A DNA stretch of 38,469 nt from an uncultured Candidatus Saccharibacteria bacterium (GCA_964347785.1 CAYFZH010000003.1:1-38469), one strand, 5' to 3'; positions 1-8,368 are shown, counted from the stretch's first letter. Numbers and translations: made by a program. The notes: generated from the letters alone by a model not told the origin.

Positions 1-45
1 CTAGTGCCGCAAGGCATGGAGGTTCAAGTCTGCTCCCGCCCACAA
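1..45 (+). tRNA. 3' part of a class-II (long variable arm) tRNA, most like tRNA-Leu. It is cut by the window edge and its 3' T-stem strand is irregular.
   Basis: Variable-arm hairpin GTGCC-GCAA-GGCAT (4-17) is followed by GGAGG (18-22) and a canonical T-loop TTCAAGT (23-29), the same layout as the 3' half of E. coli tRNA-Leu. The expected CCTCC/CCTCT strand reads CTGCT (30-34). The end is CCCGCCC-A-CAA, not CCA. Confidence 0.45.
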
Positions 46-118
46 CGACTTGAAAGTCGGAGGCACGTAGGTGCCGAGACGGGGTCGCACAAATTTCTAG
101 CAAGAAATTATGTGTGAC

Positions 119-139
119 CAAGTCCTCTCCCGCCCACCA
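119..139 (+). repeat. Second, better-formed copy of the tRNA 3' end (CAAGT-CCTCT-CCCGCCC-A-CCA)
   Basis: Positions 119-136 match 25-42 at 16 of 18 nt. CCTCT (124-128) pairs with GGAGG at 18-22 (4 Watson-Crick pairs plus 1 G.U). This copy is followed by discriminator A and an encoded CCA (137-139). Confidence 0.55.
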
Positions 140-148
140 ACAAGTTTT

Positions 149-2071
149 ATGTCAGAAGAAAACAAAAATCCATATATAGGCACTATCAGAGTCACCGGTA
201 AGGGTGTCGGCTACTTCCCTATACCAGACTCTGACGAAGACTTCGAGGTCTCACCGGAGAATATAAATACAGCTCTCAACCGCGACACTGTACGCATCGA
301 GGACCTCAAGCGTCTCTCTCCATATGGTAGGAAGATGGCGAAGGTGGTAGAGATAGTACACCGCCACAAGAACGACTTCGTCGGCACTCTAGAGAAGTCG
401 CCTGAAGGCTTCTTCCTCGTCCCAGATGATAAGCGCTTGTACCGAGACATCTTCGTCTCCAAGGAGAATGCCAAGGATGCCAAAGAGGGCGACAAGGTGC
501 AGGTCAAGATTCTCGAATGGGAGGATCCAGAGAAGAGTCCTAAGGGTCAGGTGATCCGTCTCATCGGTCGCGCAGGAGAGCACAACACTGAGATGCTCGG
601 TATCGTCTACGAGTCAGGCTTCGAGATCGACTTCCCTACCGAGGTCGAGACAGAGGCGAACGACTGGAAGGAAAAATGGGAGAAGGAAGATAGACTGAAG
701 GATAGGAAGGACTTCCGAGGGACCACGACATTTACCATAGACCCTATAGACTCCAAGGACTTCGACGATGCGATCTCCTTCAAGGCGCTTCCAAACGGCG
801 ACTACGAAGTCGGTGTCCACATCGCTGACGTCTCTCACTTCGTCACAGAGGGCACAGCCCTAGACAAGGAGGCTCGCAAGCGCGGCACCTCGATCTACCT
901 CGTCGACCGCACTATCCCCATGCTCCCAGAAGTACTCAGTAACGACCTCTGTTCACTCAACCCCAAGGAGGACAGATACGCCTTCTCCGCAGTCTTTATC
1001 ATAAACAAGGACGGTAGAGTAAAGGACCGCTGGTTCGGCAAGACTCTGATCAACTCCGACAAACGCTTCTCATACGAAGAGGCTCAAGAAACTCTCGACA
1101 AGAAGTCAGGTCTCTTCTACGAGGAACTCAAGTCTCTCAACGATCTCGCTCTGAAACTCCGCGAGGAGAAGTTCAAGAAGGGCGCTATAGACTTCGAGTC
1201 CGAGGAGGTGAAGTTCGAGCTCGACAAGGAAGGTAAGCCTATCCGCGTCTTCAAGAAAGAGCGCAAGGACACTCACAAGCTCGTCGAGGACTTCATGCTC
1301 CTTGCCAACCGCGAGGTAGCTACCCATATGAACACAGCCAACAACAACACCAAGGCTGCCTTCGTCTACCGTATCCACGAAGCCCCAGACAGGGAGAAGA
1401 TTATAAACCTCGCCACTTTTGTAAAAGCTCTCGGCTTCGAACTCAAGAACAAGGACGGTGAGACGACTGCCGAAAATATTTCCAAGATGCTCAAGTCTGT
1501 CACCGGCACTCCAGCAGAAATGCTCGTCAAGACCGCTGCCATCCGTGCCATGAGTAAGGCAATCTACTCGACGGCAAATATCGGCCACTTCGGGCTCGCT
1601 TTCGAATACTATACCCACTTCACCTCACCTATCCGTCGCTATCCAGACCTGATGGTCCACCGTCTCCTCTACCGCTACCTTACTCAAGGCAAGATAGAGC
1701 AGGATGAGATCCTCAAGTACCAGATGCTCTGCGACGTCTGCTCAGAGCTCGAGATCGGCGCAGCAGAGGCCGAGCGTGCGTCTATCAAGTACAAGCAGGT
1801 TGAATATATGGAAACTCGAGTGGGTCAAGAGTTCGAGGCAATGGTCTCTGGTGTCTCTGAGTGGGGTCTATATGTAGAAGAAGTCGAGACCAAGGCTGAA
1901 GGTATGATCAAACTCCGTGATATGAAGGACGACTTCTATGAGTTGAACGAGAAGTATTATGCAATAGTAGGACAGAACACTGGTAAGAAGTACTCCCTCG
2001 GCGATCGCGTACGGGTCAAGCTCATCTCCGCCGACCCAGAGAACAAGAAGCTAGACTTTTCAATTATTTAG
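149..2071 (+). CDS. rnr: Ribonuclease R (RNB family 3'-5' exoribonuclease with C-terminal S1 domain)
   Basis: RNB motifs are present: DPIDSKDFDDAISF, HIADVSHFV, YLVDRTIPMLP, HFGLAFEYYTHFTSPIRRYPD. The C-terminal S1-like segment contains GLYVEEVETKAEGMIK. The ATG at 149 (MSEENKN) is preferred over the ATG at 110, which lies inside a hairpin and upstream of the tRNA-end repeat. Confidence 0.9.
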   Translation: MSEENKNPYIGTIRVTGKGVGYFPIPDSDEDFEVSPENINTALNRDTVRIEDLKRLSPYGRKMAKVVEIVHRHKNDFVGTLEKSPEGFFLVPDDKRLYRDIFVSKENAKDAKEGDKVQVKILEWEDPEKSPKGQVIRLIGRAGEHNTEMLGIVYESGFEIDFPTEVETEANDWKEKWEKEDRLKDRKDFRGTTTFTIDPIDSKDFDDAISFKALPNGDYEVGVHIADVSHFVTEGTALDKEARKRGTSIYLVDRTIPMLPEVLSNDLCSLNPKEDRYAFSAVFIINKDGRVKDRWFGKTLINSDKRFSYEEAQETLDKKSGLFYEELKSLNDLALKLREEKFKKGAIDFESEEVKFELDKEGKPIRVFKKERKDTHKLVEDFMLLANREVATHMNTANNNTKAAFVYRIHEAPDREKIINLATFVKALGFELKNKDGETTAENISKMLKSVTGTPAEMLVKTAAIRAMSKAIYSTANIGHFGLAFEYYTHFTSPIRRYPDLMVHRLLYRYLTQGKIEQDEILKYQMLCDVCSELEIGAAEAERASIKYKQVEYMETRVGQEFEAMVSGVSEWGLYVEEVETKAEGMIKLRDMKDDFYELNEKYYAIVGQNTGKKYSLGDRVRVKLISADPENKKLDFSII

Positions 2072-2108
2072 GGTATTCTTCTTTCAGAATTAATCTGAAA
2101 GGATACCT

Positions 2109-2435
2109 ATGCACAAGATTGGCAAGAAGGCCGAAATCACACTTAGCTGGCCCGAACTGAAAGGTAAAGCTGTCGCAGTTTCTACACATATTCCATCAGA
2201 ACTCAACCCAAACGGTGCCGTCACTGTGCATGTTGCCAGCCGTCTGACACCTGAAATAATGGGCGAAAGGCGAGCGCTCAAACCCCTCTCCCATGAGTCG
2301 TGGATCAATGAGCAACGGTTGGGGAGACTTCTCGTAACGACTATTTCCCTAAAGCCGTCGACGGCGATATTGATTCACGAAGCTCTCACGCGCGTTCTAA
2401 TGGATGCGGAGATCATCGAAGTGGCTAAGCCGTAA
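2109..2435 (+). CDS. Hypothetical protein, 108 aa, orphan
   Basis: Open frame with a weak SD (AAAGGA 6 nt upstream) and its own rho-independent terminator at 2471-2502. Codon choice (gaa, aaa, acg, ccg, ttg) differs from the flanking rnr and smc genes. Confidence 0.5.
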   Translation: MHKIGKKAEITLSWPELKGKAVAVSTHIPSELNPNGAVTVHVASRLTPEIMGERRALKPLSHESWINEQRLGRLLVTTISLKPSTAILIHEALTRVLMDAEIIEVAKP

Positions 2436-2470
2436 ACAAAACAATGGTGCACCTTCTTGCTTCCAACGTA

Positions 2471-2502
2471 CCGCTGCCCCTCTGTGGCAGCGGACGTTTT
2501 TT
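2471..2502 (+). terminator. Rho-independent terminator
   Basis: Stem CCGCTGCC (2471-2478) pairs with GGCAGCGG (2486-2493). It is followed by ACG and TTTTTT (2497-2502). Confidence 0.7.
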
Positions 2503-4708
2503 ACTTCGCCACTTCAGACGCTTCGTCGAAGGAGATCGAGAGCATCTTCGAGATCCCGTTGCCTGACATAGTCACTCCGTAGATCACACCCGCACGACTC
2601 ATCGTCTCTCGGTTGTGCGTGATGAGGATGAGTTGAGAGTACTGACTCAAGAGTTCAATCATATCTCCATACTTCTTGGAGTTCGCCTCATCGAGCGCAG
2701 CGTCTGTCTCGTCGAGGATGATAAACGGTGGAGGGTTCACTGCCGAGATAGCAAAGATGAGTGCGATAGAGGTCAGAGCCCTCTCACCACCCGAGAGCAT
2801 CACGAGACTCTTCACCTTCTTCCTCGGTAGAGAGACCTTGATCTCGAGACCTTCTTCAGACTTAGCTTCCGTAGCTTCAACAGCTTCTAGAGCTTCGTCA
2901 GATTCGGCAGACTTCTTGGAAGTCTCCTTGACCAAGACTAGCTCTGCTTCCCCACCGTCGAAGACCTTGGAGAAAAGTTTCCCGAATTCTTTATTGATAT
3001 TTTTCAGCCCAGTTTCAAACTCTGTGGAGAGACGTACTTCTAAGTCCTTGATAAGCTCCTTGAGCGACTCTGCAGACTTACTAAGATCCTCTAACTCTCG
3101 ACCAAGGAACTCATCGCGCTCTGAGGTCTCTCTGAACTCCTTCAAGATCTCATCGGAGCCAGAGATAGAGGCGTCCTCATACCTTACCTTCAGCTTCTGG
3201 AGACTTCTCTGTCGATCTTCTTGAGCACCTCTCTCTTCGTGAGAAGACAGAGCAAGATCGTGATACTGGAGCACATCTGCTCCCACCATCCGTGCGACCT
3301 CCTCGAGCTCTCGTTTGAAATTCTCTCCCTCCAAGTGAATCTTCTCTTCTCTAAGCTTCAGGAAGTTGAGCTTCGAGTGGAGTTCGTTCTCCTCAGACAT
3401 GATCCGGAAGACAGCAATCTGCGCTGAGTTGTCCGAGTCCTTGGCCTTCTCTGCCTCACTCTTGAGCTTCTGATAATCTTCTTGGAGCCTCTTCTCCTTA
3501 TCCTCTGCTTCGGCAAACTTCTGCTCCGCCACAACCTTCTGACTCTTGAGATCTTCTAACATCTTCTTGGTCTCAAGGATGAGAGATGAGTCAGCACTCT
3601 CACGATGGGCTCTTATAAAGTTCAGGAACTTAGTCTTGATACGCTCTAAGAGACCGGCACCGTCGGTCTCAGCTTCTAGCTCCTTGTAGAGACTCTCGAC
3701 CTCCTTCAGACTCACCATCTTGTGCTCGAGAGACTCTGCTAACTGTTCTTGCTTCCTCAGTAAGGTCATCTGGGCATCCATAAGACCTTCGATCTTCCCC
3801 AACTCGCGACCTAGTGTATCCTTCTCTACACGCGCAGAACTTAGCTCCTTCTCGAGCTCTAGGACGAGATACTCCTTCTGCTCCTTCTTGCCCACTTCGG
3901 CGAGGACCTTCTTCGCCTCGGACAGTTCCGCCTCGAGCTTCTGCAAGGACTCCTTGAGCGGAGCACGCTCTGACTCTAAAAGATTCTTCGCGGACGCGAG
4001 ATACACCTCCTCTCGCTTGAAGTACTCCTTGGATAGACTGAGGAGTTCTTCTCGCAGGCTCTCAGTCTTCTCGAGCTTCTCGACCTGCTTCTTCAAGAAG
4101 CGAAGATGTGGAGCAATCTCCTTCCTCAGAGACTCAACCTGAGAGATATTCTCGAAGGTCTTCTCGAGCTTCTTCTCACTCTCGACACGCTTGTACTGGT
4201 AGAGCTTGAGACCGAGAGCATCTTCGACCATGCTCTTCCTATCTCTAGGAGTAGCAGAGATAATCTTGTCTGCTTCTCCTTGTGAGATGATGTGGTGACC
4301 AGAGGCGCCGATGTGAGCCGAAGCAAGCTTCTCCAAGATGTCCTTGAGACGCACCAAGGAGCCGTTGATGAAGTATTCGTTTACCCCGTCACGCGAGACC
4401 ACACGCTCGATAGTCACTTCTTGGAAGTCGAGGTCGAAGACTCTTTGTTCGTTATTGAAAACAACCTTGACCGAAGCACGGTTCGCTCTCGGCTCGTTCT
4501 GAGAACCGTTCCAGATAAGGTCCTCTCCACGCTTACCACGCATACTCTTGATACTCTGCTCACCGAGGACGAAGCGAAAGGCCTCTGCAACATTGCTCTT
4601 GCCCGAGCCATTGGGACCAACGATAGAGGAGATAGGTGAATTGAATTCGAAAGAGCTCTTCTTGGCGAAGGACTTGAAGCCAGAGAGCTCGATCGATTTG
4701 AGATACAT
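2501..4708 (-). CDS. smc: SMC-family chromosome segregation ATPase, unusually short (735 aa) with no recognisable hinge
   Basis: The N-terminus MYLKSIELSGFKSF...GPNGSGKSN gives Walker A. The C-terminus has LSGGERALTSIALIFA (signature motif) and FIILDETDAALD (Walker B). The middle is E/K/L-rich coiled coil only. Confidence 0.85.
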   Translation of the reverse strand: MYLKSIELSGFKSFAKKSSFEFNSPISSIVGPNGSGKSNVAEAFRFVLGEQSIKSMRGKRGEDLIWNGSQNEPRANRASVKVVFNNEQRVFDLDFQEVTIERVVSRDGVNEYFINGSLVRLKDILEKLASAHIGASGHHIISQGEADKIISATPRDRKSMVEDALGLKLYQYKRVESEKKLEKTFENISQVESLRKEIAPHLRFLKKQVEKLEKTESLREELLSLSKEYFKREEVYLASAKNLLESERAPLKESLQKLEAELSEAKKVLAEVGKKEQKEYLVLELEKELSSARVEKDTLGRELGKIEGLMDAQMTLLRKQEQLAESLEHKMVSLKEVESLYKELEAETDGAGLLERIKTKFLNFIRAHRESADSSLILETKKMLEDLKSQKVVAEQKFAEAEDKEKRLQEDYQKLKSEAEKAKDSDNSAQIAVFRIMSEENELHSKLNFLKLREEKIHLEGENFKRELEEVARMVGADVLQYHDLALSSHEERGAQEDRQRSLQKLKVRYEDASISGSDEILKEFRETSERDEFLGRELEDLSKSAESLKELIKDLEVRLSTEFETGLKNINKEFGKLFSKVFDGGEAELVLVKETSKKSAESDEALEAVEATEAKSEEGLEIKVSLPRKKVKSLVMLSGGERALTSIALIFAISAVNPPPFIILDETDAALDEANSKKYGDMIELLSQYSQLILITHNRETMSRAGVIYGVTMSGNGISKMLSISFDEASEVAK

Positions 4709-4744
4709 TTAAATCTTATTTTAACAAAAAATTACCCATAAACG

Positions 4745-4769
4745 AAGGCGGGTCATGCTGACCCGCCTT
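4745..4769. terminator. GC-rich hairpin between the 80-aa ORF and smc (possible terminator)
   Basis: AAGGCGGGTCA-TGC-TGACCCGCCTT. It overlaps the last codons of the 80-aa ORF. The T-run on the minus strand is not adjacent, so the call is weak. Confidence 0.35.
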
Positions 4770-4995
4770 TATCTCCTCCAGCCCAGACCACTTCGACAGT
4801 CAGACCGAAGTGGTCTGGGTAAGAACTGATCAAATTGCCCACCGCCTCTTCAACACTCTTGCCACTACTCTTCACTTCTGGGTGATGAGAGAGCTCCGCC
4901 ACACACTCTCCCTTGACCCAACGTGCAACGATCTTGTCCATAACAGACTTCGCCAAACCCACCTCCTCACGAGAATATGCATCTTGAAGAGACAT
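4753..4995 (-). CDS. Hypothetical protein, 80 aa
   Basis: ATG-initiated ORF. The segment ECVAELSHHPEVKSSGKSVEEAVGNLI loosely resembles the HicB/UPF0150-type motif (weak). No partner gene was seen. Confidence 0.45.
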   Translation of the reverse strand: MSLQDAYSREEVGLAKSVMDKIVARWVKGECVAELSHHPEVKSSGKSVEEAVGNLISSYPDHFGLTVEVVWAGGDKGGSA

Positions 4996-5327
4996 AAGTC
5001 AACCACACAAGTTAAGCATGATCAGACAAGTTTTATATGAAGAAGCCGCTATTCCCAAGAGGAATAGCGGCTAAAATAGTGGGAATTCACCGCGTAGCCA
5101 TGTTGATCCACATTACTGAGGACCACTCTACAGTGTTACACCCTTCTCTCCCAAAAAGAGGGCTGCGACACTACGCATACGCAGTGCAAGCTTATTCTGA
5201 ACAATGTTCAGAACGCTTCTGACCACAAAATACCATCTAAACCTGAATAATGCAAATCTACTTCCATCCCGTTAGAAGTAGCCTCGCCGAGGTCCTGTGC
5301 GGACTCGTGCTAGCACGAGCGAGACTT

Positions 5328-6023
5328 CTAACGGGACCACCCCTTCTTCTCTAGTGCATCCTTGGCAGCGGACTGCTCGGCGTCTTGCTTACTCTTCCCA
5401 TCCCCCTCACCGTAAGTCTCATCTCCGACAGAAACCCTCACAGTGAAGTGCTTGTCATGATCGGGACCGGTTTCCTTGACCGTCTTATAGATAGGAGTCA
5501 ACCCAACGAACTCCTGCGCCTTCTCTTGGAAGAGTGACTTCGCATCTATCCAACTTCCCTCCACAAGAATCTCTTCCATAAGCGGTGCAACATGCTTCAA
5601 TATAAAATCTTTTGCCCCTTCGTAAGTCTGGTCAATATAGATAGCGCCGATGAGGGACTCAAGAGTGTTGGCGAGGATGTACTGACGAGCACGACCGGTA
5701 GCATCCTTCGCCTCGCCCTTGGAGAGGAGGAGGAAGTCGTTGGCACCCAGAGAGGTAGCGACACGAGCACAAGTGTCGGCATTGACCAGTGCAGAGCGGA
5801 GAGCGGTGAGCTTACCCTCATCAGACTCCTTCATCTTGCTGAAGAGGTAGTCTGTTATGACAAGTTCAAGCACCGCATCGCCGAGGAACTCTAGGCGCTC
5901 GTTGTGTTCGAGACCAGACTCTCTGTTCTCGTTGATATATGAGCGATGGGTAAAAGCTTGCCTTAGTAGGTTCTGGTCCTTGAACTTCACCCCCGCTGTT
6001 TCCTCGAATTTGCTGAAATCCAT
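5328..6023 (-). CDS. rnc: Ribonuclease III
   Basis: RNase III signature ERLEFLGDAVLELVI and a C-terminal dsRBD (KTVKETGPDHDKHFTVRVSV...AEQSAAKDAL). The ATG at 6023 (MDFSKFEE) is preferred. The ORF track extends to a GTG at 6032. Confidence 0.9.
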   Translation of the reverse strand: MDFSKFEETAGVKFKDQNLLRQAFTHRSYINENRESGLEHNERLEFLGDAVLELVITDYLFSKMKESDEGKLTALRSALVNADTCARVATSLGANDFLLLSKGEAKDATGRARQYILANTLESLIGAIYIDQTYEGAKDFILKHVAPLMEEILVEGSWIDAKSLFQEKAQEFVGLTPIYKTVKETGPDHDKHFTVRVSVGDETYGEGDGKSKQDAEQSAAKDALEKKGWSR

Positions 6024-6033
6024 AAGAGGCACG

Positions 6034-6960
6034 TTACTTCATCTCTGCTAGTCTTGTCAAAGCCTTGGTGACGATAGGCAAGATATCGTCGTAGAAGTTG
6101 AGGTCTAAGATGTCTGCGAGCTTAAACCAGCGCACATCGTCGAGCCCACCCTTCTCCTCCTTCTTCTCGAGAGTGAGATCCATATAAGGAGCCTCAGCGA
6201 GGAAGTACTTAATCTTCTTCAATATCTTGCCTTGCTCTGGATGGAAGGTGGAGTAAGAATTCTCTCCCAACTCCTCGATAATCTTGACCGGCACACCCAA
6301 CTCTTCCTTAACCTCGCGGATAGCACCTTCTTCCTCTGTCTCATTGGCAATCTTCTCGTTGTCGCCAATCTTACCCTTCGAAAGAGTCCAGTGACCGAAG
6401 ACGTCGTGCACAAGCGCTAGATATACATCACCCTCGTGTCGGGCAAAGACAACTGCACCCGCCATCCGGATCACTGGCAACTTGTCGAGAGGGATATTGC
6501 CATACTTCTTCTTGGGTCTAGAGGTCTCATCCTTGCCCGGCTCCCCCATCTCCTTGTATACCGCACCGAGGACGCCGTTGATAAACTTACCCGAGGTCTC
6601 TCCTCCGAACTGCTTGGCGAGCTCTATAGCCTCGTTTATAGCCACCTTGGGAGGGACTTGCTTCCTATCAGCGAAGAGGAGCTCTGCAAGCCCTAGACGG
6701 AGGATGTTTCTATCGACTGGAGCGATCTTGTCTATTGGCCAGTCTGGAGCTGCTTTCTCTATGATGCCATCGAGATCCTTCTTCTTGTCGAGGACAAGCT
6801 TGAGCAGGTTCTCCATAAACGGCCTGTCATTGCCACCGGGAGCAAATTCTTGGATATTTTTATCAAAAATAGATTGGATCTCTGATTGCTTCAGGTTGCC
6901 AAAATCCCATTCAAATAAGGTTTGTAGAACAATGGACCTCGAGAGGTGTCGGTTGGACAT
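6034..6960 (-). CDS. nusB: NusB antitermination domain fused to a C-terminal Nudix hydrolase domain
   Basis: The N-terminal ~145 aa are NusB-like (RSIVLQTLFEWDF, RNILRLGLAELLF, VAINEAIELAKQFGGETSGKFINGVLG). The C-terminal half has a Nudix box (GKIGDNEKIANETEEEGAIREVKEELGV). The frame is single and uninterrupted. The ATG is at 6960; the track starts at a TTG at 6969. Confidence 0.85.
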   Translation of the reverse strand: MSNRHLSRSIVLQTLFEWDFGNLKQSEIQSIFDKNIQEFAPGGNDRPFMENLLKLVLDKKKDLDGIIEKAAPDWPIDKIAPVDRNILRLGLAELLFADRKQVPPKVAINEAIELAKQFGGETSGKFINGVLGAVYKEMGEPGKDETSRPKKKYGNIPLDKLPVIRMAGAVVFARHEGDVYLALVHDVFGHWTLSKGKIGDNEKIANETEEEGAIREVKEELGVPVKIIEELGENSYSTFHPEQGKILKKIKYFLAEAPYMDLTLEKKEEKGGLDDVRWFKLADILDLNFYDDILPIVTKALTRLAEMK

Positions 6961-6990
6961 AAAGAACAAAAAAACTTTTATTTATAAATA

Positions 6991-7212
6991 CTAGCGAGCA
7001 GACTTGGCTGACTTGAGCTTCGCCACACGTTTCTCGAGCTTCTTGGTCTGGTCGATGACCTTCCTACCACGATAACTACCAGTAGCTTTGGAAATACGGT
7101 GTCGCAAATGAACGTTTCCCGCCTCATCCTTGGACAAAGCAGGCTTAGACAAGGCGTGGTGTGAACGCCTGTTCTTCGTATGACTCCTTGTGTGTCTCAT
7201 TCGGACTACCAT
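6991..7212 (-). CDS. rpmF: 50S ribosomal protein L32
   Basis: MRHTRSHTKNRRSHHAL...HRISKATGSYRGRKV is L32-like. Only the last 73 codons of the 162-aa track ORF are credible. An alternative ATG is at 7200. Confidence 0.8.
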   Translation of the reverse strand: MVVRMRHTRSHTKNRRSHHALSKPALSKDEAGNVHLRHRISKATGSYRGRKVIDQTKKLEKRVAKLKSAKSAR

Positions 7213-7240
7213 GGGGACTACTCTAGCATAATTATGATAA

Positions 7241-7280
7241 AAGAAAAGGGCCCCATCTGCCTCGTGACAGATAGGGCCCT
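7241..7280 (-). terminator. Rho-independent terminator after the stand-alone Nudix gene
   Basis: On the minus strand, GGGCCCTATCTG-TCACGAGG-CAGATGGGGCCC is followed by TTTTCTTTT. Confidence 0.7.
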
Positions 7281-7723
7281 CAGTGTTTAAGTAGCTCCTC
7301 GACAATGTTGAGGAGAGGCCGGTGCGTCCGGACGACCGTGTCTGGATGAGACAGGAGTACTCTGAGATCCACCCACACGGGCGGATGCAGAATGGTGTCC
7401 CCGTCCCTAATCTTCTTCCGACGGATCGACCCCTTGAAGTTCCCCCTCCACATGAAGTAGAAGAACTTCTTGTGTTCACCTACCTCAAGCTCGTGGATGA
7501 GCCGAGGGTCGACGTGGTCTCTCATCTTGAGACCAGTCTCCTGCTCGACCTCGCGTCGAGCAGTACGAGCAGGATTACCGCTGTCGATAGCCTCCTGCAT
7601 ACCGCCGATAGCGAACTTGGTCTCCTTGCGCCCGTCCGCATACTCTGCGTCCTCGACGAGCACTTCGTAGTGATTATGCCTACGGCGAGCAATGACGCTC
7701 GCCGCAAAGAACTTGAGCGACAT
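7280..7723 (-). CDS. Nudix-family hydrolase, stand-alone, 147 aa
   Basis: Nudix-box-like GGMQEAIDSGNPARTARREVEQETGL. Strong SD GAGGAGGT (7732-7739, minus strand), a TATAAT upstream, and its own terminator. Confidence 0.7.
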   Translation of the reverse strand: MSLKFFAASVIARRRHNHYEVLVEDAEYADGRKETKFAIGGMQEAIDSGNPARTARREVEQETGLKMRDHVDPRLIHELEVGEHKKFFYFMWRGNFKGSIRRKKIRDGDTILHPPVWVDLRVLLSHPDTVVRTHRPLLNIVEELLKH

Positions 7724-7758
7724 AGCGTCTTACCTCCTCTTTCACCATTATAATACAC

Positions 7759-8346
7759 TTACCTGCCTGTTGTCAAACGCTTGATGAAGCTCTGCCTATG
7801 GACCACAGTTACGCCATATTTCGCCAGTGCCTTACGGTGCATCAGGGTGCCGTAGCCTTTGTGAACTTCGAAACCAAATTTGGGGAACTTCTGGGAAAGT
7901 TTGACCATCTTCCTGTCTCTTGTGACCTTGGCACAGATCGAGGCAAGGGAGATAACAGGGATCTTCTCATCCCCCTTCACCACTGTCAGCTGGTGCTTGA
8001 ACTCATCTGGTGCCTTGAGTGATCCGTCGAGGAAGATCTGTGAACTCTGCTCCACCTCTAAACTCTTGATACAGCGCTTGATCCCCAGACGGATAGCATA
8101 AGAGATGCCATGCTTGTCTATCACCTTCTCTGAAACGAGAGCCACATGGTAGTCGAGCTCCCCTCTCTTCTTCGCCTCCTTGGCAAGAGAGAACCAGAGC
8201 TCTCTTGCCACAGCTGAGAGTTGTTTAGAGTCCTTGATCCCCTTGAAAAACTTTTTATCAAAATTGGCAGGAATAAGCACCGCCCCCACTGCCACTGGTC
8301 CCGCCAAGGGACCCCTCCCAGCCTCATCGATCCCGAGTATCTGCAT
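7759..8346 (-). CDS. rnhB: Ribonuclease HII
   Basis: N-terminal GIDEAGRGPLAGPV motif. DSK and the C-terminal HKGYG region are typical of RNase HII. Confidence 0.9.
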   Translation of the reverse strand: MQILGIDEAGRGPLAGPVAVGAVLIPANFDKKFFKGIKDSKQLSAVARELWFSLAKEAKKRGELDYHVALVSEKVIDKHGISYAIRLGIKRCIKSLEVEQSSQIFLDGSLKAPDEFKHQLTVVKGDEKIPVISLASICAKVTRDRKMVKLSQKFPKFGFEVHKGYGTLMHRKALAKYGVTVVHRQSFIKRLTTGR

Positions 8347-8368
8347 ATATTTCAGTATATACCCTACG

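Noticed and set aside
110-148. The upstream ATG at 110 as the rnr start
   Set aside because: It lies inside the third spacer hairpin and would translate through the tRNA-end repeat (CDQVLSRPPTSF). The ATG at 149 gives a normal N-terminus.
2615-4639. Several 66-182-aa ORFs on both strands inside smc (for example 2676-3224 and 3720-4142)
   Set aside because: They are Ser/Arg-rich low-complexity translations of the antisense or off-frame coiled-coil coding sequence. The smc frame explains the whole interval.
5037-5222. A 61-aa plus-strand ORF in the rnc-downstream spacer
   Set aside because: It has no SD or promoter. It runs through several strong hairpins, and its composition is not protein-like. 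I treat it as non-coding.
6991-7479. A 162-aa ORF extending rpmF upstream
   Set aside because: The N-terminal 89 codons run through the Nudix gene terminator hairpin and overlap the Nudix coding region. Only the last 73 codons resemble L32.
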